DNA of 32,000 bases from an uncultured Verrucomicrobiota bacterium (GTDB lineage: Bacteria; Verrucomicrobiota; Verrucomicrobiia; Limisphaerales; UBA8199): assembly GCA_942493075.1 (NCBI GenBank), contig OW818681.1:4156964-4188963 (forward strand), given 5' to 3'. The notes under the pieces were generated by a model, which ran no database searches, was not told the DNA's origin, and saw only the letters and a list, made by a program, of their open reading frames with translations. A program made the translations under genes and the position numbers. Below, in pieces: positions 24,658-31,088 of the stretch. Every line of letters begins with the position of its first letter. Within the stretch, counting starts at the first letter, position 1.

Positions 24658-24709
24658 GTGAATAATTGATTAAGAGAGGCTGCCTCAGCGAGGCAGCCCT
24701 ACCTTAAAA

Positions 24710-25162
24710 TCAGGCGGCTTGGAGGTCGTTTGCGGTGCGGGCGGCCGTGGCCATGTGGCTGCCGTATTTTTCGCGGGGGTCCTGGTTCGAGCCGGTGCTG
24801 AACTGGCCGCAAGGGTGCTGCCAGCATTTGCGGATGTTGTTCCAGTGGAATCCGAACTGGGAGAGCTGTCCGCGGAGTTGCTCGGCGGGCTGCTCGGGGA
24901 AGGTGACCCAGACCCACTTGCCTACTACTTCGGCAAGCTCGTAGGCCTGGGGAAGCCACTCGCGAAGCATGCCCAGGACTTCATCGGTGGGGAGAGTGCG
25001 GTTGGCCTCGCGCTGTTCGAAGTTCACGTAAGGCCGGGGGCGTTTGCCATGGGCCGTTTGCTGCTGGTGTTGGCTGTTTCCGCTAGACTGCTCGGGACGG
25101 AAGCTGAGCCCTGAAACTGCTGTTCTGTTTTCTGTTTGTTTGTTGTTGGATTTAGTTTTCAT
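24710..25162 (-). CDS. Hypothetical protein (150 aa from the Met of MKTKSNNKQ)
   Basis: I prefer the ATG at 25162, with an A-rich leader. The N-terminus is K/N/Q-rich and looks disordered. The C-terminal core is GKWVWVTFPEQPAEQLRGQLSQFGFHWNNIRKCWQHPCG. I recognise no family. Confidence 0.6.
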   Translation of the reverse strand: MKTKSNNKQTENRTAVSGLSFRPEQSSGNSQHQQQTAHGKRPRPYVNFEQREANRTLPTDEVLGMLREWLPQAYELAEVVGKWVWVTFPEQPAEQLRGQLSQFGFHWNNIRKCWQHPCGQFSTGSNQDPREKYGSHMATAARTANDLQAA

Positions 25163-25373
25163 GGTGTTTTTTTTTGTGGTGTAGCGGCTTTGCTCCGCTT
25201 GCTGCTCGGTCCGGTCTTTCGCCCTTTCACCCCTTGGCACGCGCATTAGGGCGGCACGCGGGAGTAATCTTCAGAGGGCACCGCGGTTTTTGCCCCCTAA
25301 TGAGAAAGCGGGCGGTGAAGGGCGAGAGACTGGACCACCTTGCAGCAGAGGGAGCACACCGCAAAAAAACACC
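25163..25373 (+). other. ~211-nt near-continuous imperfect hairpin (structured RNA or single-stranded-DNA element)
   Basis: By hand folding, 25163-25231 pairs with 25314-25373 (about 53 bp, including a 20-bp run 25211-25231/25314-25333). The apical part has cattaggg/ccctaatg (8 bp) and cgcgg/ccgcg (5 bp). All four non-Watson-Crick pairs in the stems are G:T on the + strand (25177:25361, 25199:25348, 25213:25331, 25218:25326). On the minus strand these would be A:C. Confidence 0.75.
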
Positions 25374-25581
25374 TGAAGAACCTAACAAACTTCAGAAAAG
25401 AGAGCGGGCAGAGTGGAGGCGGAGCCCGATTCTGAAGCTTCGAACAAGGTGAGCTGATCAAAGGTGTTCGGGAAAGAGGGTGAATAAGTTTTATTACGGA
25501 GTGTCATTGGATGTCACACCGGGTGGGGTATCGTGGGCTCAAATACCAGAAAAGCTGGAAGTCTGAGAACCAACTAATGAT

Positions 25582-25845
25582 ATGAAACCGACCAATAGAG
25601 GAACACCAACCAGAAGCCCGGAAACCAGTGACCGGCGGCAGGAGCAGACGCCTGAACAATGGTGGGCGGGATTGAGTCTGTCCGAACGGAGAGCCGTGCA
25701 GATGCTTGGAGGGATGATCGAGGAGGTAACGGAAAAGGCGTGGATTGATATCCGCCGGGAGGGCGGAGTTGTTCGTGTGCGGTTCCTTGAAATCATGCAC
25801 CCGCCAAGGCCGGGCAGTCTCAGAAGGAGGGTGATGGGTTCATAG
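25582..25845 (+). CDS. Small hypothetical protein (87 aa)
   Basis: ATG ORF with plausible composition (EQWWAGLSLSERRAVQMLGGMIEEVTEKAWIDIRREGGVVRVRFLE). It is the first ORF of a + strand gene string. There is no homology-based support. Confidence 0.4.
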   Translation: MKPTNRGTPTRSPETSDRRQEQTPEQWWAGLSLSERRAVQMLGGMIEEVTEKAWIDIRREGGVVRVRFLEIMHPPRPGSLRRRVMGS

Positions 25846-25958
25846 CCGGACCGTGAGCATCGAGAAATGAGAATTGCCGAACGCAGGGAGTTGAGGAGTT
25901 GGGTGGGGGTGAGGGATGCTCCTTCTGAAACTGGCGTGCGGCGCATCCCGAGGTCCTT

Positions 25959-27152
25959 ATGTCTAGCCTCATTCAAAAGCGGTTTACGAATCCGGAGACG
26001 TTCCGGAAGATCCGCCCGGACTTGCTCTGGGCGTGGCTGAAACAATCGGAGGGGTATTTCAACAAGCGCGGGCTGGTGCTGCCAGCGAGTGGCGAGAGCC
26101 TGGGTGCGGATGCGTTTAGTCCGCGACTCGATTATGACGGGCTGGCGCGCGTGTTCATGGAGCCGACTGCAGATATGCCGAGCGAGTTGGTGGAGGGTCT
26201 GCACATGGTGCATGAGATGGGGAGGCCGGCGCGGGTGGATCGGATGCTCCAGGAGGCCTGCAGGAGCGGACTCGACTTGGGCCTGGGCGAGGACGCGACG
26301 CCGGCGGATATCGCCGTGAAGTTGCTTTTGCTGGATCCGAAGGCTTTGGAGGATCTGTGCAACTGCGACGTGATGACGCGGCGACGGAGCTTCGAATACT
26401 TCACAACGGATGCGGTGCCGGTGCCACAGTTTGAAGGGCCTACGCTGGAACAGTTGCGATTGCTGGAGGAGAAACTGAACGCGTTTTACGTGGCGTATCG
26501 ACGTGGTGGCGGGACGAGGGTGTTTTCTTATTGTCACCAGAAAGTGGGGCAGCCTAGCCCGGAATGGTTGTTTCTCGTGCGGCATGGGGGCTTGTTCCGA
26601 AGGGAGGAAGCAATGGAGAACGGTGAGCCGACAGCGGTGGTGTACCGTCCGAGGAAGTATGCCGTGCTGAAATATGACGTGAGTCGCGGGGAGATGGGTG
26701 TCTGCTGTGGGGAAAGCCGCGAGCGAAAAATCCTACTGAAGCTGTTTGGGAAGGTGCTTTTCGGGCGGGACAATTTCTTTCCGGGCACAGCGAAGTTTGA
26801 TCTGGGACCGCTGATCGCCCGGGGACGCGCGGCGCTTGCGTGGGCTGATGTGCCGCCGATCGAACAGGTGCGTTTGACGGACCTGGAGTTTTACCGGCGA
26901 GAGGCACCCTGGCGGCGAGTGATTCAGCAGGCGGAGGATTTGTTTTCGTTGATCGAGCATGGAGAGCTTTGCTGGCCGCGTGATGTAGCAGAGATCACGA
27001 GTGCGACTTTCACGGTGAAGTTTTCGCGGCAGAGCCGAGCACGGCGAGTGACGATCGTGCCGTGCAATAGGGCGCTGTATTCACGCGATGAGGATAGTCC
27101 GATCCTGGAGCGGTGGATGGCTGCACGGGGATTAATTCAACCGCTCAATTAG
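25959..27152 (+). CDS. Hypothetical protein (397 aa)
   Basis: Long ATG ORF with normal composition. I recognise no family. The stop TAG (27150-27152) overlaps the first unit of a heptamer array. Confidence 0.7.
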   Translation: MSSLIQKRFTNPETFRKIRPDLLWAWLKQSEGYFNKRGLVLPASGESLGADAFSPRLDYDGLARVFMEPTADMPSELVEGLHMVHEMGRPARVDRMLQEACRSGLDLGLGEDATPADIAVKLLLLDPKALEDLCNCDVMTRRRSFEYFTTDAVPVPQFEGPTLEQLRLLEEKLNAFYVAYRRGGGTRVFSYCHQKVGQPSPEWLFLVRHGGLFRREEAMENGEPTAVVYRPRKYAVLKYDVSRGEMGVCCGESRERKILLKLFGKVLFGRDNFFPGTAKFDLGPLIARGRAALAWADVPPIEQVRLTDLEFYRREAPWRRVIQQAEDLFSLIEHGELCWPRDVAEITSATFTVKFSRQSRARRVTIVPCNRALYSRDEDSPILERWMAARGLIQPLN

Positions 27153-27237
27153 TTGATGGTTGAGAGTTGAGGGATCAGGGAGCGGAAGGGTTGAAGGGGC
27201 TAGCCGAACTAACTGGTCGAAAGTTGAAGGTTGAAGG
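27151..27237 (+). repeat. Micro-repeat block B (NGTTGAR heptamers in two clusters)
   Basis: agttgat ggttgag agttgag gg ... gggttgaagggg ... aagttgaaggttgaagg. Confidence 0.8.
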
Positions 27238-27336
27238 AGGACAGGCATGAAACTGGAAGCCGAAGGCGGGTATGAACAACCTGATCGAGAGCGGAATCGG
27301 GGAAGGAAGGTGAATTTTTGGAGTGGGTTGGAGGGA

Positions 27337-28494
27337 ATGTCGTCTGGTGTGGGGTTGATGGCGGATTGGGAGTTTAGGCTGGGAGCATCGGTGGAGGTGA
27401 TCCGTCCATTCCTGGAGGTGACTGGGGAACGGTCGGAGACACTCCCCTGCCCTGCAGTTGCATCGTGCGGGTGCCGGCATGCTGTCAGGGAGACGCGCCG
27501 GGGTGAGTTGGTGGCGGCTTGTTGCTGTGAGGAGGATTGTGGGACTTACCTGATCGAGGCTGCGGATGTTCTATTTCACGGAATCAATCAGGAGCTGTTC
27601 GGACGCGCAATCTGCCAAGGGCTGGGGTTTGAAGAGCCGGGCGCGGCGGCATACGTGAGCCGTGGGTTGCGAGAGATTGGCAGATACGCGGCTGTGGCGG
27701 TGCCAGTGTATTTCAGCATGGAGGATTCGACTGGGCTGCTGCGGGAGATTGCAAAGATGCTTGGCCAACGAGAGGGTCCGTTTCTGGTGCTGACTCCAAC
27801 TGGGCGCAGTTGGGGCGGCGAAGTGGAGGTCCTGGCACGGCCGCATGCGGGCGGGCACGTGGCGCTGTCGAGTGTGATTGCTCATGAGCAATGCGGCATG
27901 GGAAAGATGGAACGGACTGGACAGATGAACCATGCGGTGTTCCGGGCGAATGGGATGCTTGAGCCGATGCTGCGGGAGTTCGGAAGAAAGATCGCCTCCC
28001 TGCGCGATGCCGGGGGGACGCTGCGGAGTATTCACCGGGAGATCGCAGCGGTGCGGAGCGAGTATGTGGAGCTGCGAAGCGCGAAACAGCAGCTTGAGAA
28101 GTTGCTGGGAGAAGGATTGTTGGCATTCGCGCGGAAGGTGGATGCAACGTCGTTCAAGGTGGTGTGCACCGTTCTGGCCGAGGGCGATGTGGCTAAGGCG
28201 AGTCGAACGCTGGGAATGCCTGATGGCTCGGTGCGATCGCTGATGCGGAGGTGGAACGGGATGGGCAAGGAATACCGAATGATGCTTGAGATGGTGCGCT
28301 GGAGAAAAAGAACGGGGCTCAAAGAGGCGGTTCCGCTCAAGAACCATGTGTTGCTCGGCGAGACGAAGAACTCGGATTATCCCGAGGTGATGGCTGATCT
28401 GCTGGAAAAGGTGACGGAAATGAGTGGCGAGAACTGGCAGGAAAAGGCTGACGAACTTGAGGAAATGCTAAGGGAGATGACGGGGAAAGGCTGA
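27337..28494 (+). CDS. Hypothetical protein with Cys-rich N-terminal region and C-terminal HTH-like segment
   Basis: I prefer the ATG at 27337, preceded by ggaggga; the track start at 27247 lies within the repeat block. Cys cluster CPAVASCGCRH...CCCEEDCG. Coiled-coil IAAVRSEYVELRSAKQQLEKLL. HTH-like LAEGDVAKASRTLGMPDGSVRSLMRRW. The stop TGA lies inside ggcTGAaggct. Confidence 0.65.
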   Translation: MSSGVGLMADWEFRLGASVEVIRPFLEVTGERSETLPCPAVASCGCRHAVRETRRGELVAACCCEEDCGTYLIEAADVLFHGINQELFGRAICQGLGFEEPGAAAYVSRGLREIGRYAAVAVPVYFSMEDSTGLLREIAKMLGQREGPFLVLTPTGRSWGGEVEVLARPHAGGHVALSSVIAHEQCGMGKMERTGQMNHAVFRANGMLEPMLREFGRKIASLRDAGGTLRSIHREIAAVRSEYVELRSAKQQLEKLLGEGLLAFARKVDATSFKVVCTVLAEGDVAKASRTLGMPDGSVRSLMRRWNGMGKEYRMMLEMVRWRKRTGLKEAVPLKNHVLLGETKNSDYPEVMADLLEKVTEMSGENWQEKADELEEMLREMTGKG

Positions 28495-28553
28495 AGGCTA
28501 AAGGCTAAAGGCTGAAGGGGGACAGTGCGGCAGTGCGCCAGTGCGACTGGGGG
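28486..28553 (+). repeat. Composite micro-repeat block C (RAAGGCT heptamers + CAGTGCGN octamers)
   Basis: aaaggct gaaggct aaaggct aaaggct gaagggg ga cagtgcgg cagtgcgc cagtgcga ctggggg. Confidence 0.85.
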
Positions 28554-28566
28554 CGCCTGACTTTTG

Positions 28567-28995
28567 TTAAGCTAACTTGTCGTTGACTCTGCCGGGTAAC
28601 CGGCGGATTGAACTCCAGTATTCTTCCCTGACATCATCATCAATTTCAATCGGGCTGCGGCCTCCGTAAAGCCTATCACTGCCATCTTTCTTCGGACCTG
28701 AAATCCAATAGTCCTCGCCGGATTCGAGATCGTAATAGTTGGACTTGAAACCAGCTCCTTTGAGGCTCTGAAATTTCTTACCACCATAGTAAAGAGTGCG
28801 GCCCGTCTTTGAGAAGGTGACACGGCCGATTCGAGCGGAGCCAGCCAGGTCGCCTGCTTTGCACTCGATGTACATGATGCGCCCGGCATTGGCGGCGCTC
28901 TTCTTTGTGGGTGCAGAGCCGATTCCGCTGCCCTGAGCGCCACTCTCCATCACCTCGGCCAAGGCGGCTGCTTTCCTGGTTGGACCTTTAGGCAT
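28567..28995 (-). CDS. Conserved hypothetical small protein (142 aa from the Met of MPKGPTRK)
   Basis: ARIGRVTFSKTGRTLYYGGKKFQSLKGAGFKSNYYDLESGEDYWISGPKKDGSDRLY...IEIDDDVREEYW resembles a widespread small protein of unknown function that I recall seeing in many bacterial genomes. The track start at 29031 is a TTG. Confidence 0.65.
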   Translation of the reverse strand: MPKGPTRKAAALAEVMESGAQGSGIGSAPTKKSAANAGRIMYIECKAGDLAGSARIGRVTFSKTGRTLYYGGKKFQSLKGAGFKSNYYDLESGEDYWISGPKKDGSDRLYGGRSPIEIDDDVREEYWSSIRRLPGRVNDKLA

Positions 28996-29040
28996 GCTCC
29001 ATGGTTTAACGAATCGGAGCGTTGTAGGCAATGCTGTTCA

Positions 29041-29161
29041 GTTAACGCTTCACGAACTCCAAACGATTTTTTAAACGATTTTTTCAAAAATCGTTAACGG
29101 CTGGTTAGCAGGAAGTTGGCTTCAAATTTCGACCGTTTTTTCGGGTTTCCAAACGATTTCC
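29041..29161. promoter_or_regulatory. AT-rich divergent control region with AAACGATTT iteron/operator-like repeats
   Basis: caaacgatttttt (29060), taaacgatttttt (29072) and caaacgatttcc (29150) are direct repeats. aacgattttt (29074-29083) and aaaaatcgtt (29086-29095) form a 10-bp inverted repeat. An outer gttaacg (29041) pairs with cgttaac (29092). The region lies between divergent genes. Confidence 0.6.
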
Positions 29162-29242
29162 GGTAAGGGTGTGAAGAGCAATGCAGAAAGTAAAAGGCAA
29201 AAAGGAGCGGGCGACACCAATGCACGCCGCGACGGATATCAG

Positions 29243-29515
29243 ATGACGGAGGCTGGGGCGCGGGTATTGGTGGGTCGGCTCGGCCTGGCAATGGCGTTGG
29301 GGGTTTCTCTCCGAACTGTAGATCGAATGCTCGCCTGCGGCGACATCGTCCCGGTGAGGCTTCGAGGGTTGGTTCGGTTCTATGTACCCGATGTAGTGCA
29401 GTCGCTGAGCGAAAGCTCGGATGTGCGCAAGCATGGAAGGAAAGCGGTGGACGGTGGGCGGTGGACTGTGGCCGGTAAGGAAGCGGCGGTGGAAGGAGGG
29501 ATTAAGGGAGTATGA
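29243..29515 (+). CDS. Excisionase/AlpA-like HTH DNA-binding protein
   Basis: From ATG 29243: MTEAGARVLVGRLGLAMALGVSLRTVDRMLACGDIVPVRLRGLVRFYVPDVV is the typical HTH_17/Xis-like pattern. The stop overlaps the next ATG (ATGA at 29512-29515). Confidence 0.7.
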   Translation: MTEAGARVLVGRLGLAMALGVSLRTVDRMLACGDIVPVRLRGLVRFYVPDVVQSLSESSDVRKHGRKAVDGGRWTVAGKEAAVEGGIKGV

Positions 29516-30006
29516 AAACCATTGTCGCGATAGATCCCGGGATGTCGGGCGGTGTCGCCGTCTGGTGGGGTGGAAGGGTCGAATGCTGGCCGATGCCGGA
29601 AACGCAGGGCGATTTGCTCGAGCGTCTGCGCGAGATCCACAAGGCGGCTCTTCTCGAAGCGGAATCACATGGGGGATCAGAGCTCGCTTGCGTGCTGGAA
29701 GAAGTGGGCGGGTTTGTCGGGAAAGCACAGCCGGGCTCAGCCATGTTCCGATTCGGTGAGCATTGCGGATTTATCAAGGGGGTTGTGCAAGCGCTGGGCA
29801 TTCGGCTGGTCCTGGTGCGTCCCCAGGTTTGGCAAAAGGGCTTTGGACTGGGCACGGCTTCTTCGTGCGCCAGCAAGACGGAGTGGAAAAACAAACTCAA
29901 GGCGGAGGCGCAACGTCGATTTCCTCATCTGAATGTGACCCTCAAAACGGCGGATGCGCTGCTGATACTCGACTACGCGCTACGTGGAGGGGACACGAAG
30001 AGGTGA
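29512..30006 (+). CDS. RuvC-like (phage-type) Holliday junction resolvase
   Basis: MKTIVAIDPGMSGG (first catalytic Asp), VLEEVGG (Glu), and C-terminal TADALLILDYAL (Asp). About 160 aa. An SD-like aagggag sits 2 nt upstream of the ATG. Confidence 0.7.
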   Translation: MKTIVAIDPGMSGGVAVWWGGRVECWPMPETQGDLLERLREIHKAALLEAESHGGSELACVLEEVGGFVGKAQPGSAMFRFGEHCGFIKGVVQALGIRLVLVRPQVWQKGFGLGTASSCASKTEWKNKLKAEAQRRFPHLNVTLKTADALLILDYALRGGDTKR

Positions 30007-30122
30007 CGGATGGGACTGATGGGACGGACCTAACCGCTAACTACAACACAATTTTGGGAACGGCGCGCTCGGGCGAGCACGCCCTACCAGCAACAAAAAC
30101 AAAGAACAGAAAGACAGGAAAC

Positions 30123-30881
30123 ATGAAGATCAAAGGAAATGGCAGCAACTTCGAGGCGTGCCCGGAATTCACTGGCAAAGCCGTGTGTGTGGACGTGACT
30201 CCTCTGCGGAAGCAGCAAAGTCAATTTGGTGAACGCGATGTGTTCAAGGTGGTGTTCGAGGTGGACATGGATAAGGAGGACGGCAGCCGGTATTGCGTTT
30301 GGTCGCAGAACTTCACGCCTTCACTGAATGAGAAGGCGAACTTCCGCAAATTCCTCCGGTCCTGGTTTGGGCGCGATCTGATGGAGAGCGAGATGGCGGA
30401 GTTTGACACCGAGACGCTGATCGGCAAACCGGCGCAACTGGTGGTGGTGCACGAACACAAGGATGGCCAGGTGTATGCCAACATCGCCGCAGTCCTACCT
30501 GATAAGAGTCCTGATCGAACGGGGCTGAAACCTTCCGGCAAATTCACGCGGCGCAAGGATCGTCCGGCGGATGACGGCGGTCAGAAGCCGGAGAGCGGTG
30601 GGCAAGGCGGGTATCGTCGGGCCCAGGGTGCCAGTCCAGAGAACCGAGGGCAGAACGCGGGTGGCACTGACCACGGGGCTGTGAAGGTGCATGTGGGCAA
30701 GTACAGCGGGATCGAGCTTCGAGACCTGAATCCTGAGGCGGTGCAAGCGCTGGTGGATAAGTGGCTGCCGACGGCAAAGGCAAACGCCAAGCCGACGGCG
30801 GATGATCGGCGACTGATGGCGGCGCTGGAGTGGTGGGCGGCGGAACGCGCGCGTGGAGAGGAGGACAACGTTCCGTACTGA
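30123..30881 (+). CDS. Phage-type hypothetical protein, possible OB-fold/ssDNA-binding (DUF669-like) N-terminal domain
   Basis: I prefer the ATG at 30123 with an A-rich leader; the upstream in-frame part of the track ORF overlaps the resolvase gene. FTGKAVCVDVTPLRKQQSQFGERDVFKVVFEVD...GKPAQLVVVHEHKDGQVYANIAAVLP has an OB-like strand pattern. The middle is G/R-rich and looks disordered. Confidence 0.55.
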   Translation: MKIKGNGSNFEACPEFTGKAVCVDVTPLRKQQSQFGERDVFKVVFEVDMDKEDGSRYCVWSQNFTPSLNEKANFRKFLRSWFGRDLMESEMAEFDTETLIGKPAQLVVVHEHKDGQVYANIAAVLPDKSPDRTGLKPSGKFTRRKDRPADDGGQKPESGGQGGYRRAQGASPENRGQNAGGTDHGAVKVHVGKYSGIELRDLNPEAVQALVDKWLPTAKANAKPTADDRRLMAALEWWAAERARGEEDNVPY

Positions 30882-30893
30882 AGCGCGCGCGCT

Positions 30894-31027
30894 GGTTGAG
30901 GGTTGAAAGTTGAGTGTTGAAGGACGGAAGACAGTAGGCGGTGCGCCAGTGCGACGGTGGGCAGTGGGACGGAGCGACGGTGGACAGCACACGAACACAA
31001 CACGGACGGACACAAACGAACACGGAC
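30894..31027 (+). repeat. Composite micro-repeat block D (NGTTGAR heptamers, CAGTGCG-type, ACGGAC/ACGAAC-type)
   Basis: ggttgag ggttgaa agttgag tgttgaa gg ... ggtgcgccagtgcgacggtgggcagtgggacggagcgacggtggacag ... cacacgaacacaacacggacggacacaaacgaacacggac. Confidence 0.85.
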
Positions 31028-31088
31028 TTGGGAATGGCGGGGCGGCAGGTGAGCCGCTCCGCCAAATTTAGAAGAAAGCGAGAATACT

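Noticed and set aside
25174-25452. 92-aa + strand ORF
   Set aside because: It is entirely made of the two arms of the long hairpin and the following spacer. Its composition is biased and I saw no start context, so the RNA/DNA structure explains the region better.
25539-26585. 348-aa minus-strand ORF
   Set aside because: It runs antisense to the better-supported 397-aa + strand CDS. Its composition is R/H/P/L-rich, typical of a shadow ORF in GC-rich DNA, and I saw no recognisable motifs.
27571-28347. 258-aa minus-strand ORF (and the nested 144-aa and 102-aa ORFs)
   Set aside because: These are antisense shadows of the 27337-28494 CDS. They are H/R/P/S-rich with no motifs.
29763-30122. Upstream 120 codons of the 372-aa track ORF
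   Set aside because: This part overlaps the RuvC-like CDS in another frame and then crosses a repeat run. An ATG at 30123 with an A-rich leader starts the globular part.
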